A DNA stretch of 64,000 nucleotides, from assembly GCF_006345805.1 (NCBI RefSeq), contig NC_042998.1, forward strand, positions 140,802,001-140,866,000, written 5' to 3'. The notes beneath the pieces are model-generated. The model had not been told where the DNA came from. It saw nothing but the letters and a program-made list of their open reading frames with translations, and made no database searches. The translations under genes and the position numbers were made by a program. Origin of the DNA: Octopus sinensis (lineage: Eukaryota). This document shows positions 12,936-25,299 of this stretch, piece by piece (within the stretch, counting starts at the first letter, position 1; every line of letters starts with the position of its first letter).

Positions 12936-13547
12936 CATCTTATATTATTACTGAAAATAAGATTAGGTGGTAATAGGCAGAAGGGCTGCGATCATTGGGT
13001 CACAGGTATGGCTCTTGGTCTAAGAGGTTGCTTTGCACTCTATTGTTCCAAGGTTCAATCCTGCAACATATTTGGTAAGTGCCTCCTATGAGAACCTCAG
13101 GATGACTTAATTTGTGAGTGGAATATGGAGATGAAAATTGTATAGAAACCCATCATTATGCACAAACAGATATCTTTTGCTTTGTCTTTATTTTCTCTAC
13201 CATAGCATGGGTTAGATGAATACACATATTAAAGGCGTATTTTACAGCCAGATGCCCTTACTGTTGCTAACCCATACCTGTTTAACAAGGGACTTTTCAA
13301 TCCACTTGTTTTTAAAGAGCAAAGCAAAACAGAATACAAATGTTTACAGACAACACAGACTATATATGTACGTGTATGAGAGAGAAAGAGACACACACAT
13401 TTATATACATGCATAAAAACTTCCCTTCTGAAGTGCAGTGATTCACCTATAGCATATCACTAATTAATGATGCTCTATTATTCTCACCTTGATTATATAT
13501 TATTATTATAATCATTCAACATCCAGTTTCCATGTGGGAATGGGTTG

Positions 13548-13582
<35 letters not shown>

Positions 13583-14149
13583 AAATTGTCTGCTTAGTCA
13601 TGGTTGATTGTGGGCTGAACAATAACTGCACTATGTAGGAAGTAGACTACAGAAAACCCTTTGGTTCAGTCTTGCTGAGGACAAGATAACCACTCTGGTG
13701 CAGGTGCCATGATAAAGGGCATCCATTACCCTCCATAAATTGGCTTGCAATAGGAAACTGAAGCAGTTAAGTGGCAAAAGGCAGAAGACAATATAATTCA
13801 TGCAGTCTTACTAGTTCACAGCTTGACTACAGACAGTAACATTGCTGTTTGCAGTTCATTTACGAATGATGATGTTATCATTTGTGGTTGGGCAGCAACT
13901 AGTGATTGTTGGCATTTCGTTGTCAACAAGTCATCTGCTAGTTTTGCACTTTTGAAAAATCCCTTACTCAAGGGAAGAGAAAAAAGAAAGGCAAAGGGCA
14001 AAGGTTGATAACAAGAATTGCATTCGACTGTAAAATTCCTAATTCCAATTTCCTCTCATCTAAGCCATGCCAGCACGGAAAACAGATGTTAAACGAAGAT
14101 TGCTCAATGGAGCTTTGGCTGAATGTTGCTTGCTAACCAAAGGGATTAA

Positions 14150-15270
14150 AAGGGAATCAGGTACTAGAAGGGTGAGTAGGAAAACAAACACAACAAGGTA
14201 TGAAGTGGAAATACTTGCAATGTGGGGGTGGGGAGAAGACACTTGACAGACTGTGCACTTGGTCGCACCAAGACCTAATGGTTCTAAAGCATGTGGGGTG
14301 TATGCGTTTACATTTGGTTAGTGCACTGAATGGTGTAGTGAGTGTCTATAGAAGCCTTCGTAGAGTGAAAAGATATAGGAATGGCAAGGGGTTGGTGGGG
14401 GTGAAGTGGAGGTGAAACATCAAGTGTGTAAATAGAGTGGAGAGGGAAGCAGATCAAGTTTCTTTTATTTTCACATTTTATCCTAACTCAAGCACAAACA
14501 TAGGAAGTAGAAAAGGTATTTGAGAGAAAGAACTACCACATATATTGATCCATGGTGAAAGAGAAAGAAAGGTGGTGAGAGAGAGAGAAAGGAGGACAAT
14601 GCAGAAAGGAAGTAGCAAGAAAAGGTTTTGAGAGAAAAAGGAAAAAATGTAAGATATTGAGAGCAACAGGAATGGGGAGGAGGGGAATGGAAAAAAAAAG
14701 AGCTCAGGTGAGCTAAAAGCAAACAGAAATAGAACAAGAAGGAGAGAGTGGATTAGAAGAGGGGAAACGCAAGAATGAAGGGATGATAGAGAGAGAGAGA
14801 GAGAGAGAGAGAGCAAGAGGGAGAGAAAGTGGGAATGAAAAAGTGGTAATGTAGAAGAGGTGTGTGTGAATGAGTATTCTGAATATACCTTGCCAGTGAA
14901 GGAAGCGCTATAGAAAGGCAGTAATCCCAAGGTGAAAGTTGGCTGGACAGTCCTATATAAGACTATTCACACACATACAAATTTATTTGCTTTTTTGTGT
15001 TGTTTTTATAAGTAAACAGAAGGGTCAGCAGCTTTAATGGTGAAAAGGTAAGAACTAAGGGCTCAGGTTTGGTAGCTTTACAGGTAGGGATTATTATGTC
15101 AACATGAAAAGGAACAATGGTGTGCTGGTAATGGCAGTGGCACAGTGAAAGGAAACTGATGGAAGTGTGCTCTCCTCCACCCTGCTGCTCCCAGAGCGAA
15201 AAATTAATCAATGAACGCCAGGTTTTTCAACATCTCTTTTCAATGAAGACCGCAACCCACTGATGCCACC
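14150..15270 (-). mobile_element. Highly decayed CR1/Jockey-group LINE 3' fragments around a purine-rich tract
   Basis: Translations RDVEKTWRSLIN...SISFLSLCHCHY (~15240-15120) and HSLSSVFSPTPTLQVF (~14260-14205) resemble LINE RT C-terminal motifs (DRVEKKAIRLIN...SLSLFYRYY; NSLPSSVFP..YNLQ.FK). Confidence 0.35.
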
Positions 15271-15984
15271 ACCACTCACAACCTTTTGTGTTGTTTAGTG
15301 CCAGTTCAGCCCCTATTAAAGTAAGTCACAAGATCAAACGCATTCCAGCCATGATCATCCATCTTTTGCTTTTCCTTTTTTTCACACTGTATTTAGAACT
15401 ACATTTTCTTCCTTTCCTTGTTGCTGTTTAGCCCCAGGCTCATCATTATCAAGCAAATGTGTGATCAAAGGCTTTCTCACTATGATCACTTTTGCCTTTG
15501 TTTCAGACACAAAGTTAACGGTGAATTGGCAGAGTCACTAGAACACAGGACAGAATACCTGGCAGCAGTATTTGCTTTAGATTTCTGCATTCTGAGTTCC
15601 AATCCAACCAAGGTCAACTTTGCCTTTCATCTTTTTTTTCGGGGGGAGGGGGAGAGAGAAATAAAATGGGTCATCAAATTGGTGGAATGGTAGAAACACC
15701 TTGTGGTATTTATTGCAGCTCTTTGCTTTCTGAGTTCTTGGATGGTAGACTTAATCCATCATCTTTAATACCACCATTCGATCCTTGGGTCCCCTTAGTA
15801 GAGAGTTCATTCCACAACAAATATTCAGACCAGGTCTTTGGTTTATGTTGGTTTAAAGGCAACTCCCTTCCTTCTTCCTACTCACCTCAAAGACTGGTAG
15901 GAAAATAAAGGGCAATAAGCACTGCCCTTAACTTCCTAAGCGGTTATATTATGTGTGTGTGTGTGTGTGTGTGTGTGAGTGTGT

Positions 15985-16290
15985 GCACGGTTAGGGTATT
16001 TGGTTCATACTCAAAGTTATGAGTGATAACTGGCAGTGCATCACTCCCTTCAGCAAGACACTATTTTTCACCTTACTCCAGTCTACTCAGCTGGCAAAAG
16101 TGATTTGTACTTGTAATCCAAAGGGCCAGCCTTGTCACATTTTGTGTCACACAATCTCATTAAGCACTACATTAAAGATTACATGTGCCTGTAGAGTGTT
16201 TGGCCACTCACGCATTAATTTTACAAGCTAACTTTTTTGATGACCAGATCAACTAGAACCTCCATCATCATAACCGACAGAGTGCCAATT
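15985..16290 (+). mobile_element. SINE family D-related copy
   Basis: GGTTAGGGTATT...TTCAGCAAGACACTATTTTTCACCTTACTCCAGTCTACTCAGCTGG core shared, in reverse, with the 25300 and 52130 copies. Confidence 0.6.
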
Positions 16291-16302
16291 ATATATATAC
16301 AC

Positions 16303-16532
16303 GGCAAGCTGGCAGAATCGTTAGCACGCCGGGCGAAATGCGTAGCTGTATTTCGTCTGCCGTTACGTTATGAGTTCAAATTCCGCTGAGGTCGACTTTG
16401 CCTTTCATCCTTTCGGGGTCGATAAATTAAGTACCAGTTACGCACTGGGGTCGATGTAATCGACTTAATCCGTTTATCTGTCCTTGTTTGTCCCCTCTAT
16501 GGTTAGCCCCTTGTGGGTAGTAAAAGAAATAA
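16303..16532 (+). mobile_element. Young, CpG-intact SINE family B copy (best local consensus)
   Basis: GGCAAGCTGGCAGAATCGTTAGCACGCCGGGCGAAATGC...GAGTTCAAATTCC (B-box-like)...GGTCGACTTTGCCTTTCATCCTTTCGGGGTCGATAAATTAAGTACCAG; the core resembles Nin/Deu-type SINE domains (from recall). Confidence 0.85.
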
Positions 16533-16579
16533 AATCATATATATACACACACACACACATATGTTAAATATACATTATA

Positions 16580-16935
16580 GGCTATGTAGTTAAAAACTTT
16601 GCATCCCAACCATGTAGTCTTAGGTTCAGTTTCACTGCATGGGTACCTTGAGCAAGTGTCTTCTGCTATAGTTGTAGTGTAACCAAAACTCTTTAATGGA
16701 TTTGGTGGACAGAAAAAGAAAGCAACCTGTCAAACATGTATGAGTGCTATACATCTGAAGTTGTAAATTAACATCACCATCATATAAATGGCGTTTGTTT
16801 CCAGTCTTCTGTGAAAAGCATGCCTGGCCATGGAGAAAATATTACCTTACTTGGAAACAGGTATGGGTTGATGATGGAAAGGGCATCTGGCTGTAGAAAA
16901 CTTCCTTAACAAATTCCATCTGATCCAGGCGAAAT
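16580..16935 (+). mobile_element. SINE family A, tail type 1
   Basis: Head, core and tail match the 3270 copy. Confidence 0.75.
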
Positions 16936-17164
16936 GGTGATGTGGTATGTGAGTGTATGGACAAGTAATGATGACATTTTGTTTTGGATTAGTCAACGCC
17001 AAACTTGAACATCTGCAGGAAAAACACATACAGCTGAGGGGGTGGGGTTGCAACAAATAATCAAGGATCATACAGTGGTGGTGGGGTGGTGATTATGAAG
17101 CAAGGTGGCATGGTAGAAAGGTTCCTTTCCTCAAAGGGGGTCAGAAAGATTTTTATGTAGTTAT

Positions 17165-17590
17165 CATCATCATTTTAATGTTCTATTTTCTATGCTCATA
17201 TAGGTGGGATTGAATCTGCCACAGCAGATTTTCTACATCCTGATACCCTTTCTGTCACCAACCCTCAACTGTTTCCAAATAAAGTAATACTTCTCCAAGG
17301 TCAGACAGATTTTTCACAGATTTGGAAATGAAGGACACCGCTGTACGACAGTGACACTTGTTTACAGCTATCATGTGACATCAAGACAAGGAGACACCAT
17401 CTTTCTCTGCTACAAGCACACACACACACACGATAAGCTTCTTTCAGTTTCTATCAACCAAATCCACTCACAAAGCACTGGCTGTCCCAGGGCAATAGTA
17501 GCAGACACTTGGCTAGGGTGCCATACAGTGAGACTGAACCCAGACCAAGTGCTTGAGAAGCAAACTTCTTAACCACACAGTCATGTCTAC
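17165..17590 (-). mobile_element. SINE family A, tail type 1, inverted relative to the 16580 copy
   Basis: CTTCTTTCAGTTTCTATCAACCAAATCCACTCACAAAGC...GACACTTGGC...CTGAACCC...TTAACCACACAG. Confidence 0.75.
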
Positions 17591-17672
17591 ACCCATTGAT
17601 TCTCTTAATAATAGCAGATAAATCATCTCTGCTGTGACCAGAATCAAGACCACATGTTCATTTATTAAATTA

Positions 17673-17787
17673 CCGAACAACATGTTCCTACTCAGTGAGG
17701 TGGTTGTGGCTAGACTATCTATTCTATTTCATGCTGAAGTTTTAAACCAGACACACTGGACATTCAAAGAGTTGGACTTTTTATATT
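17673..17787. repeat. Left arm of a ~115-bp inverted repeat (partner 19334-19445)
   Basis: CCGAACAACATGTTCCTACTCAG...CATTCAAAGAGTTGGACTTTTTATATT is the reverse complement of 19334-19445 with only a few substitutions and indels. Confidence 0.95.
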
Positions 17788-18670
17788 TGGCCTGTGTGAT
17801 TAATAGACAAGTTGTGTCATTATTCTTCACAATGTGAAGCTGACTGATGCTAACTCAACACAAACAGTAGGACAGAACATAAAACAAGCCAATAAGCAAT
17901 GCTCAATATTAATATGGCAACTAAGCAGCAAGATAAAACAAGGGTGGATTAAGATAAATTAGAATATATATAATTGGTTTGGCTATATAGATATCAAATC
18001 ATATAATTTAGTAGATCGTTTCACCTGATGCAGAGGGGGGACTATGACTGCAGATGACACCAATTACAGAGAGACAGAAAGAGATAGAGAGATAAAGAGA
18101 AGAGAATATGGTTAAGTGAAAATGGCCGACTTCTAAGCAAAGATATCTAAAATTAACAATAATAATAATAAAAACAAAAAGCAAGAACATAAATCAATGA
18201 ATATAGGAGTGGTCAACTATTAAATGGAGACAAGAATCAATAGAGTTGTAACAAAGCAGCAGCAACAACGCTGAACTCACCAAACCACCACAAGTACCTT
18301 TAGTATGGCAGATAGTCACAAGACTGCTCTAGCAAACATGAACTGCCAAGGAAAGCTAAGATTAGAGAATATTCAACAAGCGCAACTTAAAACAACAGTG
18401 CTCCCTTTCCTGGTCACTAACTGTAACTTTGTCTTGGTGAATCTAACAGTAGGACAAAAAAGGTACTGATTGCTCTCACTTTACAGCTGAAGTGGTTGAC
18501 AACAAGAAGGGCATCCAACTAAAACCTTTCTTTAACAATAGCTTGGAATATTTAATTTGGTTAGATGCAAGTGTGGCTGTGAAGTTAAAAAATTTATTTT
18601 GCAGCCATGTGACTTTAGGTTCAGTCTAATATGCAGCACTTTGGGTAAGTGTCTTTTAATAGCCCTAGAG

Positions 18671-18845
18671 CAGGGGTCCCCAAACGTTTTAGACCATCGG
18701 CCCTTTCATGGAATTCTTGACCCCTCATTGACCCCCAGGCATGTACAAAAAAATAAAGTAGATGTGCAGTTTCAAGCATTTATTGACCCCTTGAATAGTC
18801 CCATCAATCCCCAGGGGTTGATATTGACCACTCTGGAGACTCCTG
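18671..18845. mobile_element. hAT/Charlie-like MITE (175 bp) inserted in a family A SINE
   Basis: Termini CAGGGGTCCCCAAAC ... CTCTGGAGACTCCTG; 8-bp TSD CCCTAGAG (18663-18670) / CTCTTGAG (18846-18853), close to the Charlie NTCTAGAN target; the SINE core resumes at TGACCAAAGCCTT. Confidence 0.8.
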
Positions 18846-18859
18846 CTCTTGAGTGACCA

Positions 18860-19720
18860 AAGCCTTCTGAGTTGAAATACCATGCAACAGATGCAAGAAG
18901 CTTAATGATGTGATGATGTACATCAAGCAGACACTCCCTGAATCTAGCAGACAGATTCATCTTTCCTATAAGCAAAGCATTGCAAAGTTGAGGTTTCATG
19001 CAATGAATAACAATGAAAGTATAGATGAAATGATCCATGATTTATAAATAAACAGACAGGTCTTGCAAAGGGGCAAGGAACAAGTAGCCAGTTTTAAATT
19101 GGATGTGGCAAAGGATGAAGGAACTAATGACCAGAAGATCGAGAAAGGTTGGTGGTGTGTGGGTGGGGACGGAGAACAGAAAGATGGGTCAGATTGATAA
19201 AAGGAGAAATTGTAGAGATCAGGTGGTAAGGGGAAGTGGGGGTAATGTGTGACAGGGTAGGTAAGGGACAGGAGGAAAGAAGTGTGGTTGATAGTGACCT
19301 AGATGATAATAGGTAGGAGATGTCTTTGCATACAATATAAAAGTCCAACTCTTTGAATGTCCAGTGTTTGGTTTAAAACTTCAGCATGAAATAGAATAAA
19401 TAGTCTAGCTACAACCACCTCTCTGAGTAGGAACATGTTGTTCGGCAATAGACATGGAAGAATTGAGATGGGCATAATCGATCTGGTGAGTAGGGTGGCA
19501 AGGAAAAAATTTAAATAGGAGTAGAAGGGTGTTGGTTTTTGAAAAACATATGTGGTAAGGCAGAGGTGTTCAATAATAGAAATAGGTATCTAATAAGTTG
19601 GATGCTTCAGAAATGATAATGGGAATTCTAAAAATGATGTCAACAAGCTAACAAAGGAAATGAAAGTAGTAAGCTGTTCAAGAGTAAAAGAGGTGGCATC
19701 AATAGTCATTGATATAACCA
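18860..19720 (-). mobile_element. Penelope-like retroelement remnant (RT C-terminal part + GIY-YIG endonuclease)
   Basis: Frameshifted translation GYINDY..ATSFTLEQL..FISFV...LLD..ISI...TYVFQKPT..SYLNF..CHP...SQFF..CRTTCS, then CKTCLFI..DHFIYTFIVIHC...CNALLIGK...LSARFRECLLDV (ORF 18772..19038). This is colinear with PLE motifs RYIDD, KPT-SYL-SSHP, SQFLR, CKTC and VIY-YIGET-RFREH. Confidence 0.75.
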
Positions 19721-20939
19721 CTGTATAGCTCTGATGTGGAGTGTGTTAACAAAATGACAATCTAGGCTTCAAGGTCACCAACAAACAATTTTGTGTGACT
19801 GGGGCCCATTCTAGTACACCTAGCAACTCCAGTGTCCTGTTTGCAGAACTCACTGAAAAAAATGGAAGCAGCCGAGTCCAGTGGAGGGTAGGAGATCAAG
19901 GTGCTGGGTCTGAGTGCAGTACAATAGCTCAGAAAAAGAGTTTGCTTACTGGTGTGCCAACAACCAACTCAAAGGTGTATTTGGGCATGCTCTTGTCTTG
20001 ACATTATGTGATGACTGTCACCATCATACAAACAATGTCATTTAGTTCCAGTTTTCCGTGCAAATGACTGACTATAGGGAGATATATAACCTCACTTGGA
20101 AGCAGATGAAGCATCTGATTGTCTCAAAACTCTGCTTCAACAAATTCCGTCTGACCCATGAGAAAGTGGATGCCAAACAATGATCCTGATGGTATACTGT
20201 TACGTTTAAACACAAGAGGGTAGCAGAAGAATGCAAGAAATATGATTGCTGATATGGACATATAATAGAAATATATGATTCATGAGAGAGAAAATACCCA
20301 CCATTAAGCAAATCATGTATGCCTTACACCAAACAAGAAACCATATTCAATAATCAACACAAAAAATTCTCCAAGATCACTTTACTACCTAAAAATAGCA
20401 GCCAAGTCACTGAAGAGAAAAAGATGATACTTTACATAATATAGGACTGAAAAAAAGCTGGGTTATGTCAATTTGGAATGTCTCTCATCACAAGTCTGAT
20501 CAATTAGGACTAACCTAGTAATATACAGCATTGAAATTGGTCCTTAAGTGTAACAGGACTGAAGCATATGTGGAGACGCTGGACTATGGCCCTACCAAAT
20601 CAATGCAAATACATAAAAAACAGACTTAAATGCAGCAATTATTTCCAGATAATTTCATTAGGCAGCCTCTGGGTTTTTTAACCATAAATTTACAACAGCA
20701 ACCAGCTGTTTTCTTGAATGAATGGTTGTTTTCTTTCATTTCACTTAAAACAAAATTTTGGTAATTTCTTAACAAGGTAAAAATTATCTTTGAAATCATC
20801 ATCTAATGTTTGTTAACAAACTGACAACCCAAATGTGGAAAGACACATTGCCAAACAGAACAAGTAATGAAATATCAGTGCACCAAATCACAAACACTGA
20901 CAAGAGCTATGAGACTTTAGTATCAACACCTGTAGAAAA

Positions 20940-22790
20940 TGTACCCAGAAAAAAGAAGGCTATAACAAAACAAGAACTTGCAGCAGCTGATAGAATCCAC
21001 CCGGAAATGGTTACGCACCTTAGTAACAGAGCTGTAAACCTGGTTTGACAACACTCTTCACAGATAAATATGACTATCCTAAAATGTAGACACATACCAA
21101 AGTCTTAACAATACTAAAATCAGGAAAGCCAATAGACCACCCACCTAGCTACCAACCCGTTTCACAACTGTGCCGCGCTTTTCAAACTGCTGAAGTGAAT
21201 CGTGCTCGTGCGACTGTCACTAATGTTTGAACTTCAAACCTCCATTGAATAAACCAGTTTCAAAACAAAAAAGAAACACATTAGAACAAATGCTGGCCTT
21301 CACTTCTTATATGGAGCCAAGAGGTGAGCAAAACTGAAAACAGGTGCTGTCTTTGTCTTCATAGACTTCCCAGTAGCCTACAATACTGTATGGTATGTAT
21401 TATCAGTCACCAGCCAGTCAGGTACTTTCCTTATGTCCAGAGGTTGACTACCAAGGCTTTCCAGCTTCCACTGTGTGGTGCCACATGCATGCAATGAGCC
21501 GGGCTCTCATTTCTAGTCCATTCTTTGATGTTATCAGCCCACAATGTCTCTGACAACATTGTACTCTCTTCCCATTCACACAACCCATCAGGATGGTTTT
21601 GGTCAACGATATGTGGTACATTGTATGTCCAAAACATGATAGCTTTGTAGACTTCATTCTCATTAATATGCATCTTTGGACTTTTGGCTTTTCTACAGTA
21701 TGGAGGTTTAATGCCGAAATTTGCTAAAGTCATTAAATGCAAAAAAAAAAACCTTTGAAACAAAATGGTGCAAAAAAGAAAAAAAAACTAACTTGCATGG
21801 TCAAGAAAAAAAGCATTAAGAATCAGAGCCCCTCAGAGATCAATCCTGGTAACAAGCTTGTTCAATCTTTGTAATGGTGATATGCTTGAAATAAGACCAT
21901 TTAAACTGGGGCAGGCAGATCACATTGTCACAATCATGGACAGCCTAGCCAGCATGACTGAATTGGAGACAGCCACTTAGTAGAGACATTTAGGCTACGA
22001 AGACCTTTGACAAATGATCCCTGAACATGGCTACCATAAAATCAGTGCCGATTCCATTCTGTACCAACAGCTGTTATGCAGTTACAGCCCAGTAATTAAC
22101 TAATCCATCCAGAGAAGCACTCTGAATACCTTAGAGAATATTCAGACATCTCGAAAACACAGAGCAAAAATTATAAAAGAGGAACTTGGCAATCAAGTTA
22201 GAATGTCTTGAGGAGCATCACAAACTGTTAGAAACATTTGTACTTGCCTTATGCTATAGCATAGTTGAATACCGTGTCCCTAGTATAGATATATAGTTGT
22301 CCTAAATGAAATGATGTAGGTCATATCTTGTACTAATAAAGTGATTTCTTTGATGTGGCTACTAATAATGAGCGTTATTGCTGCACCTCACCACCAAAGA
22401 GAAGAAGACTTACTCAAAGGTAGTACCATCTAATCAGAAACACAAGTACTGTCATCATCATCACTTCAATATCCATTTTTCCATTCTGGCATTGGTTTAA
22501 TGGTTTGACAGCATTGAGCTTCAATGCCAGCTTTGGCATGGTTTCTGCAGTCTGATTCCATTCAAAACAAACAATACAGGACCTACTGCTCCAAGACTAT
22601 AGAACAGTAAAGGAAAATTTCAACATTGAAGAAGTCTGGTGAGATGAATGGAAGAAGCACCCTCCCAGTAGTGGTGGGGCCTGAGTGGAGACCCCACTGT
22701 ATTACTACTCAGTTTCTGTAATCAAACCAGAAAGCAGTGGAGATATACCAGCAGGCTCAAGATAAATTACAGCAGAACACTACTAACGTA
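20940..22790 (+). mobile_element. Vingi/Ingi-like LINE reverse transcriptase remnant
   Basis: Degenerate colinear motifs DRIHPEMVTHL, ILKSGKP..HPPSYQPVSQLC, KTGAVF..IDF..AYNTVW, PQRSILVTSLFNL, GQADHI (YADD equivalent), LALCYSIVEY, AAPHHQRE and RKQW..SRLK, with many stops and frameshifts. The clade assignment is from recall. Confidence 0.75.
21394..21693 (-). mobile_element. 5'-truncated RTE LINE inserted into the Vingi-like remnant
   Basis: ORF 21448..21663 KLSCFGHTMYHISLTKTILMGCVNGKR and WADNIKEWT match the RTE C-terminus; TSD TACTGTATGG (21384-21393) / TACAGTATGG (21694-21703). Confidence 0.8.
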
Positions 22791-22805
22791 CATCAAAAAA
22801 CTATA

Positions 22806-23000
22806 TTATGCAGGTACCCCTAGAAGATGCAAATTATAGATATTCCCACAAGGTGCAGCTTACACAAAGAACCTCTATGTGATGCAAGTTATGCAGGTAT
22901 AGCTACAAAGACACAGGCTAGGCAGATATTCCCCAACAAGACACAGGTTATGCAGCTACTCTCTATAAGACAGTTTATGCAGGTATCCCAACAAGGGATA
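22806..23000. repeat. Degenerate ~26-30-bp minisatellite
   Basis: Recurring TTATGCAGGTA...AAGACACAGG units, about 6-7 copies. Confidence 0.6.
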
Positions 23001-24221
23001 TAGAAGATCTTCCTCAAAAAAATGAAACTGACTCATGGAAAAGTGACTTCAAATGATGATGGATTACATTAGTTTTGAATGCCAAGGTAAACTGCTATAG
23101 ATATAGCTAGAGAATGATGGGATCTACATAACTGATACACCCAAGATTCACTATACAAAAGCAAAATTTTCAGCAATATGTTCTACACCCCTATAGGTTA
23201 TAGGATATCATTATATGCATGTATAATAGTACACAGAGGCATGGCTGTATAGTTAAGAAGTTTGTCTTGCAACCACAAGGCTTTGTGGTCCAGTCCTACT
23301 GCATGGAACCTTAGGCAAGTATCTTCTACAACAGTCCCAGTCTGACCAAAGCTTTGTTAGTGAATCTGGTACACAGAAACTGAAGGAAGCCCATCATGTG
23401 CAGTAGTGTAGTTAGTGGTGAGGTGTCTGATCAAAGAAATACTTTTAGATATTCATTCAATGCCATAATAATATATAATGTAAATATTACACTTTGAAGC
23501 TCTCCCACGAAGGGGAAGGAGCTAAACACGAGATCTGTCCCAGGCAGCACACACACTAGCTATGCTATTGCATACGTGTCTATGTACACACACGTTTATA
23601 TATATGTGCATGCAACAGATGACATCACATAGCTTCACAGCAAATCATGTTTACTTTGGTCACTATGCACTTTGAGGGGAAAAAAATCCCTTACTTATTA
23701 AACAGGTAAGGGTTGGCAACAGGAAGAGTATCCAGCCATAAATTCCTACTTCAGATATATCCTACATCCAACCAACCCATGCGAGTATAGAAATTGAAAA
23801 ATACGAATACAAAAAAATCATTAAACGAACAAACAAATATATATTCAAGGTCATTACAATATTGGCATTTGTAAAGAATAAGTATAATGTGTTTAAAAAT
23901 GAAAGAAGCTAGTCTTTGTAACCTAATGGTTACAAGCAGAAAAATTTTTTTAATTTGGTACACGAAAAACCAGATTATTATATAAAAAAAGAGAAACAAA
24001 TCTAAAGGCACTGATAACAGCTGAAAAATAAGACTAAGATATGTTGCAAGTTGTGTTTATATAAGACAAGTAATTGAGTAATTTGGAAGGATGGAACAAA
24101 AATAAAATCAGAGAAAGACTAATTCAGCTTACCATGATTAAAGCAAAAATGATAACAGTTTGAAGCACAAACACACACACATATCGTTTTAAAACTTGAA
24201 GCAGATAAAGCTATAAATAAT

Positions 24222-24650
24222 GGTTTCAAATTTTGGCACAAGGCCAGCAGTTTTGGGGAAGGGGGTAAGTCAATTATATGGAGCTCAGTGCTCAACTACT
24301 AATTGTTTTATTGACCCCAAATTGAAAAGCAAAGTCAACTTTGGTGGAATATGAACTTAAAACAAAGACAAAATGCTGCTAACCATTTTGCCCAGCATGC
24401 TATCCATTATGCTAGCTCGCTGCTCCACAAAGCTTTAAATAATCTTTTCTACTAAAGGCCTGAAATTTTGTAGGAAGGGACTAGTTGATTACATCAACCC
24501 CAGTGTTTCACTGGTACTTGATTTACCAATCCTGAAAGGATGAAAGGCAAAGTCGACCATGGCAACATTTGAACTCAGAATGTAAATATGAATGAAACGC
24601 TGCTAAGAATTCTGTCTGGCATGCCAACAATTCTGCCAACTTGCCGCCTT
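24222..24650 (-). mobile_element. Two tandem SINE family B copies with a triplicated target sequence
   Basis: GATAAAGCTATAAATAAT at 24204-24221 and 24651-24668, and AAAGCTTTAAATAAT between the two copies at 24429-24443. Confidence 0.85.
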
Positions 24651-25299
24651 GATAAAGCTATAAATAATAGCATGTAAATATTGTGTTAAAAAGACCCTAG
24701 GATGCTAAAAAGTCTAAAGCTACCGATGGGATTTGAACCTACAACTGTAAAAGTGACAAACATTCTATCAATGTGCACCAAAGCAAACCTTTCAATTTCT
24801 CCTTTTTAGAAGCTTGGCTTTCACCAGTGAGAATTGTACGACATAAACTCTCTTTCTCGTATGTGTGTGTGTGTGTGTGTAAATATGTACATCTATATAG
24901 GTGTATGTAAGTATGTACATATACATGAAAATACTGAGTGCAGAAGACAGGTATTTCTCATAATGAACATGGTCTAAGATTACAATGCTCAGTCACAGCT
25001 AATAAGGTCAAGCATATCAAGTTAATAGGCAAAATCTAGTTCTTCAGGGCAATTTCCAATGAGTGCCTTCCGTATAAAGAATCAAGGTCTAAGCATTGGA
25101 TACCATTATCCTTTGTTGGTTTACTGAGCTGTAAATACGTGAAATTTCAACACTCAGGAAAACAACCATCACTAGAAATACATGACGCAACAAGAAATAC
25201 TTATAAATGCTTCATTTAAAAAAGGGACAACTCCCCGCCTCCAGCTCATGATAGTAAAAGCACAATAAATGCCAACATCTTTTGCATTGATGTTTGTAA

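Noticed and set aside
12562-13091. 130-aa and 129-aa ORFs with 21-aa repeats
   Set aside because: Fully explained by the 63-bp tandem repeat within a SINE-like element.
14478-14930. 150-aa hydrophobic membrane protein ORF
   Set aside because: It is the translation of the complement of a (GA)-rich low-complexity tract.
17673-19445. Non-autonomous DNA transposon with 115-bp TIRs
   Set aside because: There is no clean TSD (TA versus CA), and the right arm is embedded in Penelope coding sequence that continues on both sides.
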